Positions 14,988 to 24,048 of a stretch of DNA of 41,411 bases are shown here, in pieces (the first letter of the stretch is position 1; each line of letters starts with the position of its first letter). The stretch covers positions 1 through 41,411 of IMG/VR virus record IMGVR_UViG_3300015050_000930; one strand, 5' to 3'. Source of the DNA: a virus (Duplodnaviria; Caudoviricetes). Under the pieces are notes generated by a model that saw nothing but the letters and a program-made list of their open reading frames with translations, ran no database searches and was not told where the DNA came from. A program made the position numbers and the translations under genes.

Positions 14988-16244
14988 ATGGTGGAGGCCG
15001 TGAAAAAGCTCTTGGCGGGGATTGCTGCGGCCATCTTCAGTGTTGTGGTAATCCTGTGCTGGCTGTGCCTTGAGGCCTCCCGCCGAGCCTGGCTCATTGG
15101 CGCCGCGATTCTGTTCCCCTTGTTCTTTCAACTCTCGGCCGGCGTCTATCAGGACGCGAACCCAATCCCCGACTCACGCGGCATTCTCTGGTCGCTACCC
15201 CTGCCGATTTCGATTCTGGCCTGTCTGGCGGGCATCCTGGCGCACTGGCGAGGGCTTGCGCGGGCGAAGGTTGCGCTGATCTACTTCGCGGCGCTGGCGG
15301 GGTTTATGGCGCTGTCTTTTGTCGTCACTGACGGAGGTCATCGAAAGCTGATGTATGCCGGGCAAACCCTGCTCCCTGTCCTCGGGCTGGTTCTCGGAAT
15401 GCTCTTAGGGACCGAGCGCGCCACGATAGCAAAGGCCTTCATGTGGGTGCTGCTTGTTCTAATGCCGGTTCAATTGATCGCCGGATGGTATCAAGGCGGG
15501 CTAATACTTACAAACTACCTGTACGCCTTTAGTGTCTATCAGCACATTCAATTCGTGCCGGTGGTCATGTCGGTGGCGTTCGGGTTTGTCGTGGTCCACC
15601 AATGGGAAAAGCACAAGGGCCTGATGCTTGCTCTGACGGTCATCGCAGGGCTGTACATGCTTGCCAGTGGGTCTTTTCTGGCGATAGGGTTCTATGCGGG
15701 GTTTGTGGTGCTGTTCTTCGGTACACGGGTGAAGCTGGCCTATATCGTCGCAGGGCTGGCCGCCGCCGTGGTCCTTGGAGGGCTCTACTACGGCAATGTA
15801 AAACCAGATGCCGACAGGATGGCAAACGGCTCTGCCTACGTGCAGAAGTTCGCCGATGTGCTTCAGGGGAAGCTCCCGGGCAACGTGACTATTCGCCTGA
15901 AGGACTGGCAGATGTATGGCGGGTGGGTTGCTGAGCGGCCTTTGCTGGGCCACTCCGAACCACCGGCCCGGGAAGTTAGAACCAGCGCGCACAACTGGTA
16001 TCTTGATTTCGCCTACAGCTTTGGAGTTTTGGGATTGTTGCCAGTGATAGCGCTGATCGGCTTCACAGCCTGGAGCCTGCGCGGCGCCTCTGCCGAGGTC
16101 TGGTGGCTGGCTGGGTTTGTAGCGTTTCTGGTGCTGGTGGACTGCAGCTTTAAGGTGACGCTGAGACAGCCTTATCCGGGGATATTTGCGTATTTCCTTT
16201 GGGGGCTGCTACTTGCGGTAACCCAGAAACAAGAGCCTACTTAG
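14988..16244 (+). CDS. O-antigen ligase / Wzy_C-family polytopic membrane protein (lysogenic-conversion moron)
   Basis: About 12 TM segments; periplasmic loop with R...W...PLLG and SAHNWYLDFAYSFGVLG. Confidence 0.8.
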   Translation: MVEAVKKLLAGIAAAIFSVVVILCWLCLEASRRAWLIGAAILFPLFFQLSAGVYQDANPIPDSRGILWSLPLPISILACLAGILAHWRGLARAKVALIYFAALAGFMALSFVVTDGGHRKLMYAGQTLLPVLGLVLGMLLGTERATIAKAFMWVLLVLMPVQLIAGWYQGGLILTNYLYAFSVYQHIQFVPVVMSVAFGFVVVHQWEKHKGLMLALTVIAGLYMLASGSFLAIGFYAGFVVLFFGTRVKLAYIVAGLAAAVVLGGLYYGNVKPDADRMANGSAYVQKFADVLQGKLPGNVTIRLKDWQMYGGWVAERPLLGHSEPPAREVRTSAHNWYLDFAYSFGVLGLLPVIALIGFTAWSLRGASAEVWWLAGFVAFLVLVDCSFKVTLRQPYPGIFAYFLWGLLLAVTQKQEPT

Positions 16245-16695
16245 GCCATGCCTGCCGATACATCAGTGAGTCAGAGGCGTGGCCCGAAGCCTCTCCCGCC
16301 AGCCGTTCGTAAGCTGCTGAGCATTCTCCAAATACGGCGTTTGCGGTTGCGGCGTACTGGCGGACGGCATCAACGGAAGCCGTGGACAGCTTACCCCGCT
16401 GATCGGTAAGTTCGTCGCGCAACCCGCGATTGACAGCAGCAAGCTTGTCAGCAGCAGCCTTTGAAGCCTGAGCGCGTTTGTTTGCTTCGGTGAGTGCATC
16501 GTCTTTCCCCTTTTGCCAGTCGGCGGTGATTTGGGCGTTCTTGGCGTTTTCAGCCGCACGCAGCTTTTCTATCTTTGCCAGCACTTCGGCCTCTCGCTTG
16601 TCGCCGATGTGGTCAGCCCAAGCAAAATAGCCCAGCGTCAGGGCGAGAATCAGGCCGCCAATCAGTAGCCAGCGGGTAGGCGAAAGCCAGCTCAT
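16237..16695 (-). CDS. Rz-like inner-membrane spanin
   Basis: N-terminal TM plus coiled coil; follows the endolysin. Confidence 0.8.
   Translation of the reverse strand: MSWLSPTRWLLIGGLILALTLGYFAWADHIGDKREAEVLAKIEKLRAAENAKNAQITADWQKGKDDALTEANKRAQASKAAADKLAAVNRGLRDELTDQRGKLSTASVDAVRQYAATANAVFGECSAAYERLAGEASGHASDSLMYRQAWPK
16263..16499 (-). CDS. Rz1-like outer-membrane spanin lipoprotein (nested)
   Basis: Signal peptide LLLTSLLLSIAG-C lipobox; Pro-rich; embedded in Rz. Confidence 0.75.
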   Translation of the reverse strand: MHSPKQTNALRLQRLLLTSLLLSIAGCATNLPISGVSCPRLPLMPSASTPQPQTPYLENAQQLTNGWRERLRATPLTH

Positions 16696-17174
16696 ACGAC
16701 CGCCGCACCGATGGCTATAGCCTGGTCGCCATTCATGCCTTGGAATAGTTCGCGCTCAGCCGCCCTGCGCCTGCGAAGACCTAGCATCACTTTGCCGGCC
16801 GCTTTATTCCAGACCAGAAACTGATCTGCAGCGCCCGCATCGTCGCCAGCATTGAACTTACGGACAAGAGTGGAGGCTCTGAAATTGGGCACGCCGATGT
16901 TGTAGGCAAGGCATACCATGGCATCGAACTGGCCTTGATTCGGAGCGCGCGTTAAGGCCTTGAGTACGCCGGGTTCAAATTCACGGGTCAGGCGCTTGGC
17001 AAACCGCCCATCTGCCTCATCCTGGGTGATCGTCAGCCCCGGTACTACGTCAGGACCGGTATCACCGTAGCCGATGGTCCAAGGGTCGCCGCCCGTGGCA
17101 GGGTCTGGGTAGGCCTTGAGGCGGCACTGTTCAAAGTAGTGCATAACCTGCACGCCGTTAGAGCTGGTTTTCAT
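16692..17174 (-). CDS. Endolysin (GH24 lysozyme)
   Basis: FEQCRLKAYPD...WTIGYG...QFDAMV...YNIG...GLRRRRAAERELF. Confidence 0.95.
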   Translation of the reverse strand: MKTSSNGVQVMHYFEQCRLKAYPDPATGGDPWTIGYGDTGPDVVPGLTITQDEADGRFAKRLTREFEPGVLKALTRAPNQGQFDAMVCLAYNIGVPNFRASTLVRKFNAGDDAGAADQFLVWNKAAGKVMLGLRRRRAAERELFQGMNGDQAIAIGAAVV

Positions 17175-17383
17175 TGGCAATCCTCCGGTTTCTGGTCAAC
17201 AATCCGCCCGGCCACGCCAAAGACCAATAGCACGATGGTTACCCACTGCACTACGGTTGGTGGAATGCTGGCTTTCATGTCTTCGGGGATGAACACCCAA
17301 GCACCTTGAATGGCGCCAGCCAGCACCATGGCCTGCACGCTGAACCAGCGCCAAGCCTGTTTTGCATCGTCAACAAGTTTCAT
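17171..17383 (-). CDS. Putative holin (2 TM)
   Basis: AWRWFSVQA type with two TM helices; directly before the endolysin. Confidence 0.75.
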   Translation of the reverse strand: MKLVDDAKQAWRWFSVQAMVLAGAIQGAWVFIPEDMKASIPPTVVQWVTIVLLVFGVAGRIVDQKPEDCQ

Positions 17384-17709
17384 TTCACATCCTTTTCAAC
17401 AACAGTCACTCGCTTGGACAGCTCTTTAATCTCATTGGTAAGCTTCAGATTAAGGCGGTTGCACTCGTCGTTTTGCGTGAGCAGTTTGTGCACTTCGCTG
17501 CGCAGCTTGTAAACTTCTTTTACAAGGTCGTTAATGCGGCTTTCCAAGAGCTTGATTACGTTCTGTGTTGCATCTGTCATTGCAACGGTTAGACCGCTTG
17601 CGGAGCCGTCTTCTTTGTCGCGGCGGATCAACTTAGGAATCCACCAGACAAGCCCGAGAATTCCTGCAGCAAGACTTACGTACCAAGGGGAGTCTTTTGG
17701 GTCAAACAT
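17380..17709 (-). CDS. TM plus coiled-coil lysis-cassette protein (holin/antiholin-like)
   Basis: N-terminal TM, heptad C-terminus; ATGA coupling. Confidence 0.6.
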   Translation of the reverse strand: MFDPKDSPWYVSLAAGILGLVWWIPKLIRRDKEDGSASGLTVAMTDATQNVIKLLESRINDLVKEVYKLRSEVHKLLTQNDECNRLNLKLTNEIKELSKRVTVVEKDVK

Positions 17710-18073
17710 CGCTTGCCATGGCCTTTACGTGAGGTTTTCCACTTGGGGTGAGTCGGTTCAAAATCGCGGCAATCGGACGGGCAAGTTTTCCGCGCAGGCC
17801 CGTATTTACGATGAGTCGGCCAAGGTGCTTGCTAAAGGTGAATGCACGCCCCGGCCATCCAAAGATGAGAAAAAGAGTCGTGTAGTTGGCTACAACATCA
17901 GGGATATACCCAACAATGCCGAAGAAGTGCCAGCCGTAATGAATCCACCAAACACGCCGACGCCAGCCGGGGTCTAGCCTCCAGATCGCGCCGCGCTCGT
18001 GCTGAATCCACGCCCAGTAGCACAGGAACAGGGCCGGGAGGTGAAGCACCAGGTAAAGGACTAGGTAAGTCAT
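17702..18073 (-). CDS. Hypothetical membrane protein
   Basis: Hydrophobic; coupled in the late operon. Confidence 0.7.
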   Translation of the reverse strand: MTYLVLYLVLHLPALFLCYWAWIQHERGAIWRLDPGWRRRVWWIHYGWHFFGIVGYIPDVVANYTTLFLIFGWPGRAFTFSKHLGRLIVNTGLRGKLARPIAAILNRLTPSGKPHVKAMASDV

Positions 18074-18564
18074 AACTGAGCCTCCAAATCAACGATTTGC
18101 GCCTCTTTCGTAGCAACCAAGTCGTGCAAGTCACGCACTGTTCTATAGCCGGAATTTCCCATGTAAGCCGCAGCAATAGACTGCTCTCTCGTCAGTGGAG
18201 GTACACGCGCAGCGCCTACGGCCGCAGCCTCTTTCTCTGCGAGATTTATTAGAACTATCCGAATGCCGTGCGGATAGCCAGACTCCAGCGCTGCGACCTC
18301 AGCGCGCAAAATAGCAAGTTGCTGGAGAGTCTCAGCCCTTGCCACTAGCGCGGCATCGGCACCCACCTCACCCTCAACAAATCTCCATGTTGACTGTGGC
18401 GCGTTCGGAAACTGTTCGACATCAAAAGCGACGGCAACCCACTCCGAATCGACAAGGCCCCCGTCGATCAGTTGTTGTGCACGCGCAGCAGAATCTTCTT
18501 CATCCGGGAGGTTGTAGATACCCAGAGAAGCGTCAGGCTGTTGCCAAACAATGTTCTTCATCAT
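18070..18564 (-). CDS. Putative tail fibre assembly protein
   Basis: Directly follows the tail fibre; ATGA coupling. Confidence 0.55.
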   Translation of the reverse strand: MMKNIVWQQPDASLGIYNLPDEEDSAARAQQLIDGGLVDSEWVAVAFDVEQFPNAPQSTWRFVEGEVGADAALVARAETLQQLAILRAEVAALESGYPHGIRIVLINLAEKEAAAVGAARVPPLTREQSIAAAYMGNSGYRTVRDLHDLVATKEAQIVDLEAQL

Positions 18565-19622
18565 GAAATCCGTGTAACGGAGAATTTCGAGATATTGGTA
18601 ACGCCGACCGCGACGCCGTCATGGTGCGGGCGGATTACATCCCCGGCAGTGAAGCGCTTTACCCTGGCTCCCGTGCCAAATGAATTTGAGCTGTCAATTG
18701 CGTTTGCAAAGAGCTGCTTGGCAATTCCAATGGCCGCAATGTTCGTGGTCAAGTCGGCGCCTGTCGCATTCACCGAAGCGCCAATAATGCTGCCGGTGGT
18801 AAAACTTTCGTCCCCACAAACCGCATAGACACCATCAGCACCGATGGTGAATGAAGCGCCAAGCGTGGCGCTGTCTGCATAGGTGATATCTGTTCCGCCG
18901 TTGTTCACCTGCACAGTGGAGTAGCGGCGAATCTTTGTATTTGTACTGCCATACCCATTGGCTGTGTGGACGCAGACCTCGCCAAGCGCCGGAAAAGCCG
19001 GATAGGTTGAAAAGGTTTTAAGGCCGGCGATGGTCTGGGCGCCGAATGTTCCAACAACAGCCGTAGAAATGACGCCAAGAATTACATAATCCGTGCCGTC
19101 ATATACGACATCGCTTTTTACTCCAGCCACGAGCGACCCGGTAGGCGCGGCTATCTTTGTGCCAGTTGAGTCATAAATCATGATGTTTTTCGCCGCCAAC
19201 CCATCACGCGCTAAGGTCGGGGATGCGCCACTCGTTGCATGCCATTCGATTTGGTAGCGCTGATCCTCCACGAGAGCGCCTGCAGGAGGTGCTGTGGTCA
19301 ACGTATATGCAGTGCTAGTGCCAGCCGTTGTGAATGCCGTATAGGTTTGCACCTGAATGCCGGCACTAGTTGCTAAGGTGGCCAGGTTTTCATACCGCAG
19401 CGCATCACCATTTACGGTGGCGGCCCCAATCCCGGTTAATTTGTATCCTGCAAATGGGATATTCGCCGTCACAACGGACTGCCCATCAGTAGCAATAGAC
19501 GTGGTCAAGGCATTTGCCAGGTCTGTCGCTAGCGTGTTGTGTGTCGCGCTGCTGATCGTCGTCCCAGTGACAACGGGTTGCCCCGCTGGCAAAACATATG
19601 TTCCTGCACCATTTCGGCTCAT
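18561..19622 (-). CDS. Tail fibre / receptor-binding protein
   Basis: MSRNGAGTY...PVVTGTTISS...DLANALT...DGQ podovirus fibre N-terminus; Thr/Gly-rich. Confidence 0.85.
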   Translation of the reverse strand: MSRNGAGTYVLPAGQPVVTGTTISSATHNTLATDLANALTTSIATDGQSVVTANIPFAGYKLTGIGAATVNGDALRYENLATLATSAGIQVQTYTAFTTAGTSTAYTLTTAPPAGALVEDQRYQIEWHATSGASPTLARDGLAAKNIMIYDSTGTKIAAPTGSLVAGVKSDVVYDGTDYVILGVISTAVVGTFGAQTIAGLKTFSTYPAFPALGEVCVHTANGYGSTNTKIRRYSTVQVNNGGTDITYADSATLGASFTIGADGVYAVCGDESFTTGSIIGASVNATGADLTTNIAAIGIAKQLFANAIDSSNSFGTGARVKRFTAGDVIRPHHDGVAVGVTNISKFSVTRIS

Positions 19623-19623
19623 C

Positions 19624-19653
19624 TTGACTCCCTTTTCCATTTCATGCCATAAT
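19624..19653 (+). promoter_or_regulatory. Sigma70 promoter for the antisense HNH gene (leaderless)
   Basis: TTGACT-N18-CATAAT with TGn extended -10; ATG 5 nt downstream. Confidence 0.6.
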
Positions 19654-19658
19654 TCGGC

Positions 19659-20267
19659 ATGCCATTTAAAAACCCACACCCGCTCTATTCCATGTGGTAT
19701 GGAATGCTTCAGCGATGCGAGAACAAAAACCTAAAGCAATGGCCCGACTACGGAGGGCGAGGCATTACCGTTTGTGCGCGCTGGGCCGAAAGGGGCGGCA
19801 GCGGCTTTAGAAACTTCGTGGCCGATATGGGCGAACGCCCGGCAGGCTTTCAAATTGACCGCACCGACAATGACGGCAACTACGAGCCTGGAAACTGTCA
19901 GTGGGTGTCCAGGAAAGACCAGCAAAAAAACCAGTCCGTCACAAGGAAGGTCATCATTGAGGGGCAGGAATACATCGCCGCCGTTCTCTCAGATGTCACC
20001 GGACTAAAAACCGACACCATCATTGAAAGAGCCAAAAGGGGCCTAACCCTGCTGGAGGTCACGGACTTAAAACCTCGTCGCTGTCTTGATGGATTGGCTG
20101 TCGGCGGCATTGCCAACGGGCTTCGGCAAAGGTCAAAAACGCACTGCCCACAAGGCCACGAATACTCCGAGAACAACACTTACTTTTCGCCGTTAGGCCA
20201 CAGAACCTGTAAAACCTGTCGAGCCGAACGCGAAGCAGCAAGACGGGAGAAAGTTGCCGCAAAATGA
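19659..20267 (+). CDS. HNH homing endonuclease, antisense within the late operon
   Basis: WYGMLQRC...YGGRGITVC...IDRTDNDGNYEPGNCQW; C-terminal KTHCPQGHEY...CKTC. Confidence 0.9.
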   Translation: MPFKNPHPLYSMWYGMLQRCENKNLKQWPDYGGRGITVCARWAERGGSGFRNFVADMGERPAGFQIDRTDNDGNYEPGNCQWVSRKDQQKNQSVTRKVIIEGQEYIAAVLSDVTGLKTDTIIERAKRGLTLLEVTDLKPRRCLDGLAVGGIANGLRQRSKTHCPQGHEYSENNTYFSPLGHRTCKTCRAEREAARREKVAAK

Positions 20268-20297
20268 AAAAAGCCCCTCGGTTTCCCTGAGGGGCTT
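20267..20297 (-). terminator. Intrinsic terminator (late direction)
   Basis: AAGCCCCTC/GAGGGGCTT stem with a 6-T run on the minus strand. Confidence 0.8.
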
Positions 20298-20309
20298 AAA
20301 ATCCTTGCC

Positions 20310-20498
20310 ATGAATTACGATCTGCTTTACACGGCAATAGGCATTGCCATAGTTGCCGCGTTGCGTGATTACTTCTGGTGGGTCACGCTTTCGCTGTGCC
20401 TGTGGATAGGTCGCAAGACCCTCAGCCCACGCATAGGCCTAATAGTTTTCGGCCACTACTGGGTTAAGAAGCATCCTTTGCGCGAGAGCGGCAGCTAA
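20310..20498 (+). CDS. Small membrane protein antisense to the last ejection gene (possible superinfection exclusion)
   Basis: Hydrophobic 62 aa; TAAAAT 7 nt upstream of ATG; position analogous to P22 sieA. Confidence 0.5.
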   Translation: MNYDLLYTAIGIAIVAALRDYFWWVTLSLCLWIGRKTLSPRIGLIVFGHYWVKKHPLRESGS

Positions 20499-22079
20499 AG
20501 CCTTGCTGGCCGGTGTGGCGGTTTTCCCTGCACCTTGCGCAAGCAACTCCGCAGCCCGGTTGTTTGCTATCATTTTGGGATAAGCCGTCATTACTGGCGA
20601 CGTAGAGGCCTTTGCTGCTGCGTAAGCAATTGGCGCCTTAATCAGAGTGGACAACACGTCCGACGTTGCCTCGCGTTCGTAGGTCGGCGAGCCCGCCTTG
20701 AGCGGCTTCATGCTTTCGCCGATTTTGGCCACATCGTATAGCGGGTTGCCCTCCATCCTGCCCTCTCTAAAGGCCTTAGGGTTTTGAGAGCGCAAGGCCG
20801 CCGCAAGCCGGGCCGGGCTGACATTGCCGCCTTCGGCAATAGCTCCTTTTTCCAGGATCTGCAAGTTCCCGTACTGGGGTCGAGCCTCACGCAGGGCCTT
20901 CACCAGCGCCCCATTGCCGGAGGCTTTAAGAGACTCTTCTGCGCTGTCGTCCAACGCGCTCAAAAGCTTCCCGTACAGGGCTTTAGTCGTTCCGTTGGCC
21001 TCGTAAGACTGGCTCGACAATCCAGAGCGCGCCAATTGATAGGCCTCACCGTCCATCTTCCCGTTGTTCTGGGCGAGCGCTTTGGCCTGCTTTGCAATGG
21101 CGGTTAAGCCGGCATCTCTTTCTGCGCCGAGCTGCTTGCCCTGTACGCGCAGGATTTCGTCTGCAATTTCGCCGACCTTTGAATTCACGCCGATCTGCTT
21201 GCCTTCGAGCGCCTTGATAGCCTCAAACGGTGCTGAAATGCGTTTGCTTGCGTCAGAAAATACCTTTGGGGTCAATTCATCGGCCGTCTCGCCAATTCCC
21301 TTGGCCGCCGCCCTGTTGATGGCGTCTTGATTTGCCTTGGCAAAATCCTGCATAACACCAGAGCCGCCCACTGTACGAGCCGCTAAATCTTCAACGCGCG
21401 CAGCAAAGGGGCTTCCAGTAATCTCGGACAGGCGAGGCTTATATCCCATCGACTCCGCAGCTTTAAGGGCCTGCTTCTGACCGTCGCCCAGCATCTTCCC
21501 AGCCACAGGCGAAAGTAAAGACGCTACCTTTTGGCCAATCACACCACCAACCAGAGACGACCCGGCGCCTACAATGCCACGGCTCGTGCGTTCTTCGGAG
21601 GTGCCGTGCTTCAGGGCCTCCATGCCGCCAGTAATGGCGGCGGATGGCAGCAATCCCGCGCCACCAGTTGCCATGATCGACGGAATGGCCTCGCCGGCGG
21701 CCGTTGCAATTGGGCGACCCGCCTTTAGCCCCGCATATGCCTGGTCATTGCCCTGCTCTTGTTGTTTTTGTTGGTCGCGTTCCGCTTTGGCAAGATCGGC
21801 CAATCCTTTTGGTCCAAATCTCTCGACGCCTGCCAGCGTCGCGTCCTTTAAACCCATCGCCAATTTGTCGAAGCCCTGCCCAGCTGACACGGCTAACGCC
21901 TCTGGAAAGCTGACCCCCTCCGCCGCCATTTCGGACGCCTTGCGCGAAACGTCAGGGCCTGTTTTCGGGGCGTTGAATTGCGATTGAGCGAACGCGAGAA
22001 TGTCTTTCTCACTCGCCTCATCTGGGGCGGTCACCTCGTGCCGCGTCCCGTCTGGTGCCGTGATTTCGTACTTAGCCAT
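20439..22079 (-). CDS. Internal virion / DNA ejection protein
   Basis: Ala/Gly-rich helical 546 aa; MAKYEITAPDG N-terminus; synteny. Confidence 0.75.
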   Translation of the reverse strand: MAKYEITAPDGTRHEVTAPDEASEKDILAFAQSQFNAPKTGPDVSRKASEMAAEGVSFPEALAVSAGQGFDKLAMGLKDATLAGVERFGPKGLADLAKAERDQQKQQEQGNDQAYAGLKAGRPIATAAGEAIPSIMATGGAGLLPSAAITGGMEALKHGTSEERTSRGIVGAGSSLVGGVIGQKVASLLSPVAGKMLGDGQKQALKAAESMGYKPRLSEITGSPFAARVEDLAARTVGGSGVMQDFAKANQDAINRAAAKGIGETADELTPKVFSDASKRISAPFEAIKALEGKQIGVNSKVGEIADEILRVQGKQLGAERDAGLTAIAKQAKALAQNNGKMDGEAYQLARSGLSSQSYEANGTTKALYGKLLSALDDSAEESLKASGNGALVKALREARPQYGNLQILEKGAIAEGGNVSPARLAAALRSQNPKAFREGRMEGNPLYDVAKIGESMKPLKAGSPTYEREATSDVLSTLIKAPIAYAAAKASTSPVMTAYPKMIANNRAAELLAQGAGKTATPASKALAAALAQRMLLNPVVAENY

Positions 22080-23440
22080 TAAGGCAGCCTCCGAATGCTG
22101 AAGCCGTTGTTTGCAGGCTGCGCGGCGGCGGGCGGCGCCACTTCGTCAGGCATTCCTGGGCCTTCATAGAAGGGCGCGATTCCTGCCAATGCCGGATTGC
22201 CCTGCATCACCTTCAGCTTGCGCTGGTGTTCGCTGTAGTTGAAACGTGCGGCACGTTCCGAGGCTTTGGCGAGCTGCTTGATTTCTGCGCCCGTCAAGTC
22301 TTCGATATTGCCGGACATTGCCTTTTCAGCCAAAGCGCCTTCGCTCTCGGTGATGGCACCCTGCCCTTTCATCTGCTGGCGGCCTTGCAGGGTCAACTCA
22401 GCAAGACCGCGCATTGCGGAGCGGGTATTGGCTATTTTTTCGGCCTCGTCCTTGCCACCAATACCCAGCATCTGGCTAACCTGCGCCGTTTTCATGCGTC
22501 CGTTTGCCAGTGGCCCGGAAAACGCCTTATCGCCTTCGATGGCCTTAACAATTCGCTGGGCGGCATCAACCTGCTTCACAGCCCCTTCGGCAATAGAGGT
22601 GCTGTCCTTCATCATGGGGCCGACCTGCGCGCCCAAGCTCTCGCCCATCTTCACATCGGTCTTGACATTGACGTTGGACGCGCCGGCCTTTCCGATTTCT
22701 TTCTTGATGCCAACCAGCTTGTCATTGACCACAGCCTGACCATCCGGGCCGATGGACATGAGCTTGTTCGGGTCGTTGAACACGGCGCCAGGCTGCACGG
22801 CGTATGGGTTGAACGCAACGCCGCTGGGTGCAACTTCCATCTTGTCCCGCGACTTCACGCCCTCCAGCATCTTCCTTTCGCCGCGCTCGTTCAACACAAA
22901 AGCATTGCCAGCTTGGTCGTATTGTGGCGTGAGGCCATATTTGGCGGGCTCCTCGCCCTTCATGATCGCCTGCATGCCCATCTGCTGGAGCATGGGGTTG
23001 CCGGACTGCAGGAGTCTTGCAAGAGCCGCCTGCTTGTTCGGGGCAACCGCAGGCGTACCGGGCATTTCAGGGCCGTACCCATCGGCGGCCATGGGAACCC
23101 CCGGCTGCGCAGGGGTGCCCTGCATATCAGCCTGATATGCAGCAAGCGTGTCGGCAAGCTGCTTACCTGACGCCTTGGTCAGTTCGGCCTGCTTTTCGTC
23201 GTTTTGCTTGTCGAGGTATTTCCCGCCCAGAGCCTGGGCAATCTTGGCCAGCCCCTCCATTGGGCTCTTTTTCACTGCCCAGCCGCTGACCATTTCAGTT
23301 CCGCCCGATGGCTCCATCGACTGTTTGCGCAGCATGTCAGCAAGGAGCTTCTGACGGTCCAGTTGCTGCTGCTGCGGCCAAATATCTGGCCCACCAGCGA
23401 CAAGGGTCTGCGGCGCTTTTGCAGAGGTAAAGGGGTTCAT
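22079..23440 (-). CDS. Internal virion / DNA ejection protein
   Basis: Gln/Ala-rich 453 aa; synteny. Confidence 0.75.
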   Translation of the reverse strand: MNPFTSAKAPQTLVAGGPDIWPQQQQLDRQKLLADMLRKQSMEPSGGTEMVSGWAVKKSPMEGLAKIAQALGGKYLDKQNDEKQAELTKASGKQLADTLAAYQADMQGTPAQPGVPMAADGYGPEMPGTPAVAPNKQAALARLLQSGNPMLQQMGMQAIMKGEEPAKYGLTPQYDQAGNAFVLNERGERKMLEGVKSRDKMEVAPSGVAFNPYAVQPGAVFNDPNKLMSIGPDGQAVVNDKLVGIKKEIGKAGASNVNVKTDVKMGESLGAQVGPMMKDSTSIAEGAVKQVDAAQRIVKAIEGDKAFSGPLANGRMKTAQVSQMLGIGGKDEAEKIANTRSAMRGLAELTLQGRQQMKGQGAITESEGALAEKAMSGNIEDLTGAEIKQLAKASERAARFNYSEHQRKLKVMQGNPALAGIAPFYEGPGMPDEVAPPAAAQPANNGFSIRRLP

Positions 23441-24048
23441 TGGGAATCCTTAATCATGTCCCACAAGCTGCCGCTTTGCAGATCGTCAGACAGCTCATTC
23501 ATGTATCGGGCGGTTTCAACGGCGCTCTGCATGATTTCCGGTCGCGGATTTTGATCAATGAAGGCGAATAACTCTTTGCGGTGCTCAAGGTCGTGTTCTG
23601 CGTGGTAGCGCAGAGTGCGGAACAATTCTTTTCCATGGGCCTGTTCAAGAGCTTCAACGGACGCAAGCGCCACCGGGAAGCCCTCCAGCACAGCCATGTA
23701 GCCAAGCAACGCATATGGGCTCTGGTGCTTGATGAGGTAGTACTGAGAACCGGCCATAGCCACGGCACGGCGAAACTTTGGAACCAGGTCAACATCAACG
23801 CCGTAATCAATCAAGTCCTTTGCCAGCCACTCCGCGTGCCCACGCTCCTCTTCCAGATGCTCTGTCAGGTACGCCAACAGCGGAGCATCGGCGACTTTCT
23901 GCGCCTCGATCATCAGTGGGACGCTGGCCGTTATGACCTGGTGAACGACCACCAGGTTAGAGATGACCACATGGATATCCAATAGATCAACCGGTGTAGA
24001 AGTTGCGCGCACATCAATAATCGCCCGAATGACATTTTCGGAATACAT
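23437..24048 (-). CDS. Heme-oxygenase-like diiron oxidase (iron-containing redox enzyme, PqqC/CADD/TenA fold)
   Basis: EHLEEERGHAEWL, ALLGYMAVLEG and YHAEHDLEH metal-ligand motifs. Confidence 0.8.
   Translation of the reverse strand: MYSENVIRAIIDVRATSTPVDLLDIHVVISNLVVVHQVITASVPLMIEAQKVADAPLLAYLTEHLEEERGHAEWLAKDLIDYGVDVDLVPKFRRAVAMAGSQYYLIKHQSPYALLGYMAVLEGFPVALASVEALEQAHGKELFRTLRYHAEHDLEHRKELFAFIDQNPRPEIMQSAVETARYMNELSDDLQSGSLWDMIKDSQ

Noticed and set aside
18561-19622. Diversity-generating retroelement or invertible tail-fibre system
   Set aside because: No reverse transcriptase, invertase or template repeat seen
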